This document shows, piece by piece, positions 37,321-49,509 of a stretch of DNA of 64,000 nucleotides. Source of the stretch: Squalus acanthias (Eukaryota). The position numbers and the translations under genes were made by a program. Numbering within the stretch: position 1 is the first letter of the stretch; each line of letters starts with the position of its first letter. The notes under the pieces are model-generated. The model worked only from the letters and a program-made list of their open reading frames with translations. It made no database searches and was not told where the DNA came from. The stretch spans positions 94,426,001-94,490,000 of the forward strand of contig CM059432.1 of assembly GCA_030390025.1 (NCBI GenBank), given 5' to 3'.

Positions 37321-39050
37321 ACAACGCACATGGAGGGCCCTTGGACATGGAACCTCACTCCATCTTTGTCTCCTTCTAAGCATCTATGCTCTGGACTCTC
37401 TACACTCACTCCATCATTCTCACTCCAACTCCACTTGTTTCCCTCACTGCAGGAAAAGAGAGCTCACAATAGAAGGGAAAGGGCGAAGACAGGAGAAGGG
37501 CTACCTTCCATAGCCATTCTCACCCAGGCTGAAGAGGCGGCCATGGACATCGCCGGCGCAGAGGTGGAGGTGGAAGTGGGGGACGGACAGATGGGCGAGG
37601 CAGAGCAAGCTGGTAACAGAATAGTTTTGCCTCTCTCTCATTTACACTGCTTGAGTGACTGAAATGGCTGCTGATGTACATTATTAGAATGCCACTTGAG
37701 TATCTGCACTATTGCATGTGCATGCCAGACTTCCGTCAAATGTCTAACCCATGCCTTTACTCCCCGACAGGACCATCCACAGAGCCCCCCCCCCCCGTCC
37801 CCCCCAACTGTCAACAAGGAAGAGGCTGAGCAGCAAGACTCCTCAGGGGAACCTGCAACCTCTGAGGACGCAACGTCAACAGAATTAAGCGCGCCCAGCA
37901 CCAGCGCAGATACGCACACCTCGGTAGGACCTTTGGGACATAGATTAGTGTTGTCACCGTGTGTATCACATCAGTGGACAGCAGTGGAGAGTCCTTGGCG
38001 GAGGGCGCAGGACACTCCTAGCTCTGCTCGGCTGCATGTGGATCCTGTGCCTCTGGGTCCATCCAGAAGGAGAGCAATGCTGGAACTCCAGGAGCAGGTG
38101 GAGGAGTCTCTGACAGGTCTTGTCTCCAGGGTCACTGCGAGTGTGCAGAAGATGGAGAAGTCCAACTCTAACCTGAGCAGTGCCGTTGGGGAGGCAATGG
38201 CGCATATACGCAGCACCACGGAAAGGATGGCAACTTCCGTGGAAAGGCTGGCTACGGCTATGGAGGCAATAAGTCGCCAGAGTGAAGAAAACATGGTGAT
38301 TGTTCAGAATAGACTGACATCTCTGGAGGAGCGATGGACAGCTATTGAACAGAGAAACCAGAGCTTCATGGAAGTCCTTTTGAGTAGGACTGCCAGTGCA
38401 GAGACAGGTCCCCATGACCCCCCTGATGTGCAGCAAGGTGATCTCAAGCCACTTGCAAGCGCTGAGATGGACCTGACCCATGAGAGGGAAGTTGGTGGCA
38501 GACAAGAAGGAAGTGGGGGCTCCTCTCCAAGCGCTCACACTTCCATGCCACTGCGTAGCCCTTGGTCAGAGCCCCACCAGAGTCTGCACCCAACTGAGAT
38601 GGCAGCCCCTGCACTGCCTCAGGAGGAGCAGACGTTTGGCGAGCCCTCACAGGATCGTAAATCCACAGGACGCCCACCAAAGGTGTCGAAGCAGGAGCAG
38701 CATGAAAGTGAGCAAGGGGCCTCTACTTCTGCTGAAGCCACAGGGGGAGCACCACGTAGGAGCACGCGTAAGAGAAAAATAAAGCACCATTAGTCACAGG
38801 GGTAGTCACTTGGGTGAATGTTTATGTGTATTGACGAAATGCCATCCTTGTTTGAAAGTATAAAAATGATTTGATGGCAAACTGTTGGCGTGATGGCATC
38901 TGTTATTTCGCTTTAGGCAGCTCCACATTGCGGGCTCCGCGACACTTGCGTGGTCAGGTTGGTGGCCAGAGTGAAAGGAGGCCAGAGGGTCATGTCCATT
39001 GTCTATCATGTCTTAAGATGGAGCCAAGGACATGTGCTAACATGGGCAAC

Positions 39051-41696
39051 CTATGCAAATCTGGCCAGGATAAGTGCATGCCTTGCATCATGGGCAGCCA
39101 TGTGCTCTCGTGCTGCCGCTGCTGCTGGTCGATAGGCCGGCGCTCGGTCCTCCTCCTGCTCCTCCTCCTCCTCCTCCTCATCCTCATCTGAGGAGGCTAT
39201 GAACTGAGCCACTTGCTCATCAGGAAGCTGCAAGCCACAACGCTGTGCCATGTTGTGCAGTGCACAGCAGACCACGACCATTCTGGAGACCCTGGCTGCT
39301 GAATACTGCAGGGCTCCACCTGATCTGTCAAGGCATAGAAACATAGAAAAATAGGAGCAGGAGTAGGCCATTCGGCCCTTCGAGCCTGCTCCGCCATTCA
39401 ATATGATCATGGATGACCCTCTATCTCAATACCATATTCTCGCGCTCTCTCCCCATACCCCTTGACTCCTTTTGCGTCTAGAAATCTATCTATCTCCTTA
39501 AATATATTCAGTGACTTGGCCTCCATAGCCTTCTGTGGTAGATAATTCCACAGGTTCACCACCCTCTGAGTGAAGAAATTTCTCCTCATCTCAGTCCTAA
39601 ATGCCCTACCCCGTATCCTGAGACTGTGACCCCCTCGTTCTAGACCCCCCAGCCAGGGGAAACATCTTCCCTGTATCCAGTCTGTCAAGCCCGGTCAGAA
39701 TTTTATACGTTTCAATGAGATCCCCTCTCATTCTTTTAAACTCTAGTGAATACAGGCCTAGTCGACCCGATCTTTCCTCATATGACAGTCCTGCCATCCC
39801 AGGAATCAGTCTGGTGAACCTTCGCTGCACTCCCTCTATGGCAAGTATATCGTTTCTTAGGTAAGGAGACCAAAACTGCACACAGTACTCCAGGTGTGGT
39901 CTCACCAAGGCCCTGTATAACTGTAGTAAGACATCCTTGCTCCTGTACTCAAATCCTCTTGCAATGAAGGCCAACATACCATTTGCCTTCCTAACTGCTT
40001 GCTGCACCTGCATGTTTGCTTTCAGTGACTGGTGTACAAGGACACCCAGGTCCCTTTGTACATCAACATTTCCAATCTATCACCATTTAAATAATACTCT
40101 GCCTTTCTGTTTTTCCGACCGAAGTGGATAACTTCACATTTATCCACATTATACTGCATCTGCCATGTATTTGCCCACTCACTCAACTTGTCTAAATCGC
40201 CTTGAAGCCTCTTTGCATCCTCCTCACAACTCACAATCTCACCTAGTTTTGTGTCGTCAGCAAACTTGGAAATATTACATTTGGTACCCTCATCCAAATC
40301 ATTGATATATATTGTGAATAGCTGAGGCCCAAGCACTGATCCCTGCGGTACCCCACTAGTCACCGCCTGCCATCCCAAAAAAGACCCATTTATTCCTACT
40401 CTGTTTCCTGTCTGTTAACCAATTTTCAATCCATGCCAGTATATTACCCCCAATCCCATGTGCTTTAATTTTGCACACTAACCTCTTATGTGGGACTTTA
40501 TCAAAGGCCTTCTGAAAATCCAAATACACCACATGCACTGGTTCTCCCTTATCTATTCTACCAGTTACATCCTCAAAAAACTCCAGTAGCTTTGTCAAAC
40601 ACGATTTCCCTTTCATAAATCCATGTTGACTTTGTCTAATCCCGTTGATATTTTCTAAGTGTCCTGTTATCACATCCTTTATAATAGACTCTAGAATTTT
40701 CCCTGCTACTGATGTAGTTCCCTGTTTTCTCTCTCCCTCCTTTTTTATCGGAATCGCATCTTCAACAAGCCAATGGTTTGCTCGATGATAGACCTGGTCG
40801 AAATGTGGCTGGTGTTGTAGCGCTCTTCAGCCTCGTTAGCTGGCCTCCTGATCAGCGTCATTAGCCACTTCTTCAGGGGGTAGCCCTCATCACCAAGGAG
40901 CCATCTGTTAAGTTGGTTTGGTGGATTGAGGAGCGGAAATACTAGAGTTCCGCAGGATGAAAGAGTCATGGCAACTACCACAGAACTTGGCTCAAACATG
41001 CAAAATCTCCTTCTTGTGGTTACACACCAGCTGTACGTTGAGGGAGTGGAAGCCCTTGCGGTTGACAAAGATAGCTGGGTTGTGATGCGGTGCCCTAAGG
41101 GCCACGTGTGCAGTCTACGACGTCCTGCACCATTGGCAAGCCTCCCATATTTGCAAAGCCAACTAAACGTGCGGTTACACTTGCTTGATCCCTTGAGAAG
41201 TGAATGTAATTGTGGGCCTTTGCGAAAAGGGCATCGGTAACCTGCGTGATGCAACTGTGGGCGGCCGACTGGGAGATGCCGCTGGTGTCTGCTGATGATC
41301 CCTGGAAAGAGACTGAGGCAAAAAAATTGAGTGCGGTGGTGACTTTGACAGCCACTGGTAAGGAGTGTCCACCCACTCCTCTGGGCTCCAGGTGTTGGTG
41401 CAGCAGTGCGCAGATGTCTCCGACAACCTCTCACAAAACTCTCAGCCTCCTTTGGCACTGCTGCTCACTCATGTTGAGGTAGCTCATCCTCTGTCTGTAA
41501 ACCCTGAGAGGGGGGTATCTCCTGCGGCGACATGCTTCCATGCACTGGTGCCTTCTGCCCTGTGCAGCATCAGGTGGGTGAGCAGGAGGTTGGCGCTCCT
41601 GCTGCTGTTGCTGCTGAGCTGCCTGGTTCTGCTGCTGCCGTGGCTGCTCTCATCTGAATCTGAGCTCCATGGTGAAAGGAAATAAATGGTTCCCAT
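39051..41696 (-). pseudogene. Harbinger DDE transposase, copy B, split by a CR1 insertion
   Basis: [45 protein letters not shown] | [11 protein letters not shown]...CCALHN, acidic tail. Confidence 0.92.
39337..40746 (-). mobile_element. 5'-truncated CR1 inserted in Harbinger B transposase
   Basis: CR1 RT motifs (SCLTKLLEFFEDVT, FADDTKL) and (ttctatgt)n tail. Removing it restores MRFRCLDR. Confidence 0.93.
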
Positions 41697-42789
41697 GCTG
41701 CTGGCAGATACCTCCGTTGGGGAAGCGCTCAGTCCAAGCGGGGAGAGGGTCTTCCAAGAAGGTCCCACAGTTGAGAGATAAAGCTGCAGCACCTCCGACT
41801 TTGGTAGGCCTGCTAAAAGTGCTGAAAGACCTTTGGAACAAAAGTTCTGGCACCTGCAACTGCTCCCTGATGAAAGCTCCGATTTAATGGTGGAGCTGCA
41901 GCTGTGAGGAGGCCACCCACTTGTCAACTCACCAGGTTTAGCTGGCGTGGTTTAGGAGGGTCGTGCAACACGCTGAAAATGTGGTAAAATAACGAGGGCC
42001 TGTCAAAATAGGATTATAGAGGCCCTTAACTACTATTTAAGGGTCTTAACGACCTCTCTGGACTGATAGAGGCGAGACCGAAGCGCACCCATCAAACCCG
42101 CCTCCGGCAAAATTGCGCGGAGGCGGATTGGAGGCGGTTCTGAACCCGCCCTCAGTTTTTGCCATTTTGCCAACTGTCCCGCCTCCAAACCTGCCTCCTC
42201 GGGGCTGGGAAAATCGCCCCCCCAGTCTCCAGTCAATTATACTGATACACTCCATTGGCATATCAATGCGGGGATGGTTGATTGACGACATATAAACATG
42301 TTACGGCAGCTTCCTGGGTATCAGGCGCTAACATGCAAAATTATGTCACACACTAGCTGCACATTAAGTGAAAGGAACTGCTCGGGTTTGCAAAATTGAA
42401 GGGATTCAATGCCACATCAGTACAATCAACAACACCCTGCACCGGGGGAAATTCCTGTCAGCCTATAAAGGTTGACTGTTCCTCTCTTTGTTTCACTGTG
42501 TCTATTGAGAATGTGATAATTTGAGATGCCTACATGAACAGAGCATTCACAACCTGTTTGATACAATGGTGTACATCTCCCTTACTGATGTGACTGAGCT
42601 TACTTAAGACAACATGAAATCACCCAACTGCATAAAAAGGCTCTGGTTAATTATAAAGCCACTGATAAGACTTTTCTTCTTGTTGATGTCAGCTGCAAAT
42701 TTTTGGACAGCAGCTGACATAACTCCCCCAATAGCCTTCTAAATCATAATGGGCAGAGAGTTCAAGGGCCCTGAAAATCTTCAGGGGAA

Positions 42790-43150
42790 TGTTCAGTTAA
42801 GTTTCTGGTCAATGGTGACCCCCCAGGATGTTGATGGTGGGGGATTCGACGATGGTAATGCCATTGAATGTCAAGGGGCGATGGTTAGACTATTGTTGGA
42901 GATGGTCATTGCCTGGCGCTTGTGTGGCGCGAATGTTACCTGCCACTTATTAGCAAGACCTAGATGTCGTCCAGGTCATGCTGCATGCGGGCATGGACTG
43001 CTTCATTATCTGAGGAGTTGCGAATGGAACTGAACACTGTGCAATCATCAGTGAAGATCCCCACTTTTGACCTTGTGTTGGAGGGAAGGTCATTGATGAA
43101 GCAGCTGAAGATGTTTGGGCCTCGGACACTGCCCTGAGGAACTCCTGCAG
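42790..43150 (-). mobile_element. Internal fragment of family-B LINE RT
   Basis: Matches 62620-62980. Confidence 0.75.
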
Positions 43151-43377
43151 TGATGTGCTTCCAAGTAACTCAACTATAAATGCAGACTCAAGCTTTCTCA
43201 TTCCAGCCTCTTCAGTAATGTCTGTTTCATGTGTGTAAGGTGAACACATCATGCCCTCCTAAATGCCGAATCTGACCTAATTGTCCTAATGCACAAATTG
43301 AGTGCATTAGCCCTGGCACGGCTAGATCTTCATTGGGTAATTTTGTCAATGTTGGGAAATGGTCTGTGCGTGAGCAC

Positions 43378-45300
43378 TACAACAACAACTTGCATTTATA
43401 TAGCACCTTTAACATAGTTAAACTTCCCAAGGCACTTCACAGGAGCGTTACCAAACAAAATTTGACACCGAGCCACGTAAGTAGATATTAGGACAGGTGG
43501 AGGCAGGTTTTAAGGAGCGTCTTAAAGGAGGCGAGAGAGGTAAACAGGGGGAGAGAATTCCAGAGCTTAGGGCCGAGGCAGCTGAAAGCATAGTCTATAG
43601 TGGAGCGATAAAAATTGGGGATACACAAGAGGCCAGAATTGGAGGAGCAGAGATCTCGATGGGTTGTGGGGCTGGAGGAGGTTACAGAGATAGGGAAGGG
43701 GAAGGCCACGGAGAGATTTGAAAACAAGGGCGAGAATTTTATAATCGAGACAGGCTGGGGTTGTTTTCCTTAGAGCAGAGAAGGCTGAGGGGGGACCTGA
43801 TTGAGGTGTACAAAATTATGAGGGGCATAGATAGGGTAGAAAGAAAGGAACTTTTCCCCTTAGTAGAGGGGTCAATAATCAGGGGCATAGTTTCAAGGTA
43901 AGGGGCAGGAGGTTTAGAGGGGATTTGAGGAAAAACTTTTTCACCCAGAGGGTGGTTGGAATCTGGAACTCACTGCCTGAAAGGGTGGTAGAGGCAGGAA
44001 CCCTCACAACATTCAAGAAGCATTTAGATGAGCACTTGAAATGTCATAGCATACAAGGCTACGGACCAAGTGCTGGAAAATGGGATTGGAATAGACAGGG
44101 CTTGATGGCCGGCGCTGACACAATGGGCCGAAGGGCCTCTTTCTGTGCTGTATAACTCTATGACTATGACTCTATGAGACGTTGCTGGAACGGGAGCCAA
44201 TGTAGGTCAGTGAGCACAGGTGTGATGGGTGAACGGTACTTGGCGCGAGTCAGGATACGGGCAGCAGAGTTTTGGATGAGCTCAAGTTTATGGAGGGTGG
44301 AAGGTGGGACGCCAGCCAGGAAAGCATTGAAATAGTCAAGTCTAGAGGTAACAAAGGCATGGATGAGGGTTTCAGCAGCAGATGAGCTGAAACAGGGACG
44401 GAGATGGACGATGTTACGAAGGTGGAAGAAAGATGGGCACGGATTTGGGAGGCAACAACACATTCTTTGGAGAGGAAAGAGAGGTTGGAGAGGGGGTGGT
44501 AGTTTGTAAGGACAGAGGTGTCAAGAGTGGGTTTTTTGAGGAGTGGGTGATGACAGCAGATTTGAAGGGGAGGGGGACAGTACCCGAGGAGAGGAAACCG
44601 ATAACAGTATCAGCTAACATGGGGCTGGGAAGGGAAGTTGGGTGGTCAGCAATTTGGTGTGCAGGAGGTGGGTCTCATGGACAAGATAAGCTCGGAGAGG
44701 GCATGAGGGAAGATAGGAGAGAAACTACAGAAAGATGCAAGTCCAGGGCTAGGGCAGGGAGGAATCTCAGAGGATGTTGTGCTTAGTGGCCAAGGGGAAG
44801 GGAGGGAAGTGGCAGGGGCAGCTGAATGGATGGTCTCAATCTTAGTGACCAAGAAGTCCATGAGATTCTCGCAATTGTTGTTGGAGGTGAGGGTGGAGGG
44901 GGGAGGGAAGAGGGGTTTAAGAAGATGGTTTGTAGTGAAGAAGAGAAGCCGGGGGTTATCTCTGCATTAATGGTTTTAATTGGGACAAGGGCATCAAAGG
45001 TGGGTGTGAGAGTGTGATTGAGCATATCGGTAGCAGCAGAAATGTCGTGGTGAATGGAGGGCCAAAGGCTAGACAGTTGGGAATTTGAAAGTACCGTTGT
45101 AAGTGACTTGGGAGAGAGTTTTTTCCAGGGGCAGACACAGAAAGAAGTGGGGTTGGGAGGGGCAAGGGGGATGTGGGTGGAGAACGATACAAGGAATTTA
45201 TCAGAGATGGCCTTACCTGTGATTGACACAATGGGAGTAGTGAGGCCACGTGAGATGGCAAGGTGGAGGGGGTGGCCGTGAATATGGGTAGGGAGTTTAT
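43378..45300 (-). mobile_element. L2 LINE, internally deleted and degenerate
   Basis: AETLIHAFVTSRLDY, LELIQNSAARIL, ITPVLTDLHWLP (classic L2 ORF2 C-terminus), APE-end PTHIHGHPL, (ttg)n tail. Confidence 0.88.
43752..44175 (+). mobile_element. CR1 3' fragment nested in L2
   Basis: RGDLIEVYKIM, FFTQRVVGIWNSLP, (ctctatga)n tail. GAGAC at both junctions (43747-43751 and 44176-44180). Confidence 0.88.
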
Positions 45301-45460
45301 ATTTTATTTCCAAAATTTCAGGCCACTATCACACAATTGCTGATGCTGTAAAGGTTTACACCAATAGCAAGTTCCAGGCTTATAAAACAGAAGTTTTCTA
45401 CTTTCCCAGAAGCTACCATTAGGAGTCAGGTCACGGCTCAAATATTAGTGAGACTGCAAT

Positions 45461-45556
45461 AAAAACAGAAAATGCTGGAAATACTCAGCAGGTCAGGCAG
45501 CATCTGTGGAGAGAGAAACAGAGTTAATGTTTCAGGTCAATGACCCATCGTCACAG
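45461..45556 (-). repeat. Penelope-associated terminal repeat fragment
   Basis: Reverse complement gtgacgatgggtcattgacctgaaacattaac...acagatgctgcctgacctgctgag has a decayed CUGANGA/GAAA arrangement. Confidence 0.6.
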
Positions 45557-45901
45557 CAGGGCTCCGCTGTCAACACTGACAGGGATGCTTAGTCCTGGAA
45601 TGATCCAATGGTATAAAAAGGCGATTCATTCTACGTTGAGGATGGTCTGATCTGATGCTGTGCCTGCCATGGCAATTCCCATACCAAGAATGGCTCATAG
45701 ACTTTGGCAGTGCTGTTTTAAAGCTCTCCACGGTGGCTTCCCTCTTGGTCCCTAAATAAGTTGCTAACAATTGGCAGCTTCATCAGCCTTTTATGCAAAT
45801 CTGACAGGAAGCCTGATATTGTCAGCCATGTAAAGAGGTGGAACACAATACTCTAGCCAGCCTTCCTAGGCCCTGGTACTTGATTCTTAGCTACAGAAGT
45901 A

Positions 45902-46265
45902 CAGGGAACTCTTTATTAACCGGAACCCAAATATCCGGAAATCTCTCTTAACCGGCAAAATTCTTGAGTAGGTAACCGGGGTTTTCCTTCATCTCTCGTT
46001 TAAAATTAACTTTAAAAAAAACCCAGAGGCGTTTGCCTTGTATCGGAGCGTGTAGATTGGGAGGGGAATGTGCAGCCCGGGTAGGCAGCGGACACGACAG
46101 ATGGTCAGCTGGCGGTCCCCGGGGAGACGGAGCTCCGAATGCAGGCGCATGTCAATGTGTACGGGGCTCTCGTACGTTGGGAGATATAACTCTCCATTAT
46201 CCGCACTTTTTGATTAACCGGCACCATGCCGGTCCCGTCGGTGCCGGTTGATAAAGAGTTTCCTG
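45902..46265. mobile_element. Tc1/mariner superfamily (pogo/Tigger-like) MITE
   Basis: TIR CAGGGAACTCTTTATTAACCGG / CCGGTTGATAAAGAGTTTCCTG with TA on both sides. Confidence 0.85.
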
Positions 46266-48856
46266 TAGTATGATTGGTACCCAAGTCAACCTGGGTAGAC
46301 AGGTTCTGTACAAACTTAAAACCTTGTGTAACCTAAGTTGCCTGAAATATTTTAAGCATTCCCTTTGAACAAAGCTTTCTTTATGCATCCAATTGCTTCA
46401 GCTCCTGCTGTGAAGGAACTACAGCTTTTCCTTCAGATTTGAAACATGTCATATGTTCTTGGAAGGTGACAGGGAAATCATCAGGCAGCTGAATGCACAG
46501 TAACCCTTTGGAATCAGCCTGGATTGATCCTGGTCTGACTGCAGAGAAACAAGCTTTCCCAAATATTTTTAATGCAATCTACATGGGGGCATCAGTGGGA
46601 ACTCTCTGAAAATATGACCAGCAAGAAATGCCTCTATTGTCAATCATGGCATTCTTGATCATCCATGGTCTGCACTGAGAAGCAAGTCTTGCACTATGCT
46701 CATCAAATTATCTATGTTCAGAAGTAGGACCAATGTTCAGGCCCTGTCCATGAGGCCTGGCGGTACTCTGCAAATGGAAAGCCTTCCCTCATACCCTCCT
46801 TGCCTCCTCCTTCTTTTCTTCCACAGAGAAGATGGTGAAGTCTGTTTGCCCTTCTACAAACTATCTACTTGCCTTGGATAACTCGTTGAAATCATGGGGT
46901 ACCTTACCTTGGTGATACTGAAGCTGCCATGGTATCTATCAATGCTTGTGCCATCACTGGAGTTGAGGTTCTACAAGTGCTTGATTGGGTTGGTATTGTG
47001 ACCAGTATGATGGACCATATGCTGGGATAGGTTTTCAATGGCAGAGGACCTAGCACTAAAAATAAGTCCTTAAGTAAATCCCCCATCGCTGGCATTCTTT
47101 TTGCAAGATAAAGAATATGGGGTAGAAATTAGAATGTGTTGTGCCCGTCTTTTGAACATAAAATGGACGCAAAGTGGAAACCCCAGCCACTTACGCTGTT
47201 TCTCTGGGGTTTCTGATGATCTTCCGCCGAAGTTACAGCGAGAGATCAGAAGAACCCTCGTAGAAATTATACCCAATACTCTTTATCTTGCAACTGGAAG
47301 GCCAGTGATGGGGGAATAGATCGTTGTTTTGTGCAACACTCTGCTGGGGTTTCTCGTAAAAACTGACTGTGATTAATATCAGTTCTGCAGACTAGGCTTT
47401 GCTGAAATTGCCTGATTGGCAGTCAGTTATCTGGATGCTCTGATCATTCAATTAGAACCCATGGCAGTTCACGTCATGCATATTGGGCCAATTTTATGAC
47501 TAATGTTGTGGGAGCTTGTGTGGGGCTAAGGCCTCCTGGCATCTTCTCACAGCCAGGTACGCCAAGAAAGAACACAACTTAACTGGTACAACTTTGTTGG
47601 AATGATCCCTGCTCTATCTGACCCTGGGGTGCTGTACTGTATCTGTGCTGAGCTGGACCCTAATAAGAATGCACCAGTTTCAATGTCTTTGCAACCTGGA
47701 TTTCCTTCCAGCAAATGACTTAAATACACCCTTATGTCAAGCCTTGAGCACTCTTTGCACTTCAAAAAGAAATGTGTCAAATAAAATACAGCGGTGAAGT
47801 TCATGAGTTTGAAAGAATCAGTGATTTTGGACAATAACTGAGATCCAGTTAATCAGAGTCAGTCTGATTGGGAAAGGCCACTGTGAACCACGATGCAGGA
47901 TGGCATTAATTTTAAAATGTTGATGAATTTTTCAGATTAAATTATAAATATAACTGAAGAAACCTGATAAGAATTCAAAGGAAACACCTCCCAAGGACTG
48001 CAGGAGAAAATTTGGACAACCAATAAATAGGGATTGGAAACTTTTTCTGATGTGTAAAATAGAACAGGAAGATGCTGCTGACAATGGACGACAAAAGCTA
48101 AGTGCATTTTCCAAAACAAGCCCTTAGACGCAGAGGGTGAAGATCACTTGACAACTCAGATTGTAAACTTCTTCAAAGGGCAGTTCTGCAGCTGGCTTGG
48201 GATGACAGCAATTCCTAAATCTATGTGGAGGTTAAATGAATGAAGAGTTTCTATATCAAAAATGATCATGTCTGCATGTATCATTAAGAAAATTGCTTTA
48301 GTTTACAGAAATTATATTTGCTTAAAGTTCTACGCAAATTAATTTCTAAAAACATTTTTTTTAATGCGTTCAGATCTATGAACAGCTGCTTCCACACATC
48401 AGTATCATATTTTCTTGGCACGTATCAGGTGGTTGTAATTATTCTGAGAAGCCTTAATGTAAGTAGAATTAAAATGTAGTTTAACATTAAGATTTTAATT
48501 ATTTTCAAAGCCTCTGAAGGATTATTTTAAAATTACTGACAAAATATGCAGATAAATAACCTGAATGGCAGCTTAGGAAGAGTTCTGTAGCCTTTTATAA
48601 ATGTGTTAGCTTGTATAAAAGGTTAATCTGTACAAGGATACAGTGCTGTAAAGCCCACCTGTGCCCATTAATGGTGCTTTCTCTTTGATAATGCTCACAT
48701 CATTCTGTCAATCCAAAGGCAATACTACTACTTTTTATTTGTCCCAATCAAACAAGTAACAGCTTTACCACATAAATATGACATGAATTTATTACACTAT
48801 TTGATTCCTGTCAATAAAACCTTGTTACCTATTAAACTGCTAATCTGTTTGCTCAC

Positions 48857-49054
48857 CTGCCTTGTTGTTTTGTTCTTTTGCGCTGAACGAATGATAATAA
48901 TGATTTATTTTCTGTAGGCCCGTCATCATCCTGCGGTTCGATTTTGATCTTGATCTGGTTTTGTTCAGCTAGAGGGCAACCCGAGAGTCGATGGTGTGCA
49001 GTGTACTTCCCAGTTATGTGACCTGATCCATCACAACCAGGAGTGGGACATTTT
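48857..49054 (-). CDS. L3MBTL4: Internal coding exon (198 bp, phase 2-2) encoding a complete C2HC (MYT1-type) zinc finger
   Basis: Acceptor tcttgtatctaatgttatag| and donor AG|gtgagc. Open frame (R)[65 protein letters not shown](R). Joins in frame to both neighbouring exons (AG|A = Arg, AG|G = Arg). Absent from the ORF track. Confidence 0.88.
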
Positions 49055-49102
49055 CTATAACATTAGATACAAGAAAAGTTCAATGAGATTTCCAACAGAA
49101 CC

Positions 49103-49362
49103 TATAGAATCATAGAACGATACAGCATAAAAGGAGGCCATTTGGCCCATCGTGTCTGTGTCGGCTTTTTGAAAGAGCTATCCACTTAGTCCCACTCCCG
49201 TTCTTTCCCGATAACCCTGCAATTTTCTCCCCTTCAAGTATTTATCCAATTTCCTTTTGAAAGTTACTACTGAATCTTCTTCCACCACCCTTTCAGGCAC
49301 TGCAATCCAGATCATAACTCGCTGCATAAAAAAAAATCTCCTCGTCTCACCTCTGGCTCTTT
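49103..49362 (-). mobile_element. CR1 3' tail about 50 bp from the zinc-finger exon acceptor
   Basis: catagaatcataga tail and 3' UTR similar to 29835-30100. Confidence 0.75.
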
Positions 49363-49509
49363 TGGAACCCCCTTGGTGCTGTCACTCTGACCCAAAATAA
49401 TTTTATTTTCAATATATTAGAATGTGTTACTCTACAGGGTGAATTCAGAAATTGCGATACCCCAGTGTGGTGCCTTGTTGAATGGGACAATGAGTCAGCA
49501 AACTGCCAC

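Larger units (their letters stand above)
36036..38793 (+). pseudogene. Harbinger Myb/SANT-like gene, copy B (exons 36036-36271, 37453-37612, 37771-38793)
   Basis: MANSKARASPRFSDEAL..REVLFP...AVWVQLAREI...RTWMQSRKRFNDL (trihelix/Myb_DNA-bind_5-like), GT-AG introns, a probable coiled-coil in exon 3 and a basic RRSTRKRK end. Frameshifts in exon 1 and in the poly-C run of exon 3. Confidence 0.88.
35770..42223. mobile_element. PIF/Harbinger DNA transposon copy B (near full length, three nested insertions)
   Basis: Left TIR remnant attttcccaatggaggcgggtt; right end cctgcctcctcggggctgggaaaatcgccccccc. Contains Myb/SANT gene (+) and transposase (-). Confidence 0.92.

Noticed and set aside
37696-38793. 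365-aa ORF as a standalone host gene
   Set aside because: It is exon 3 of the Harbinger Myb gene. The start lies in the intron and a homologue exists in copy A.
47547-47834. STPGSDRAG peptide as a third zinc finger
   Set aside because: Lacks the Cys/His ligands and suitable splice sites.
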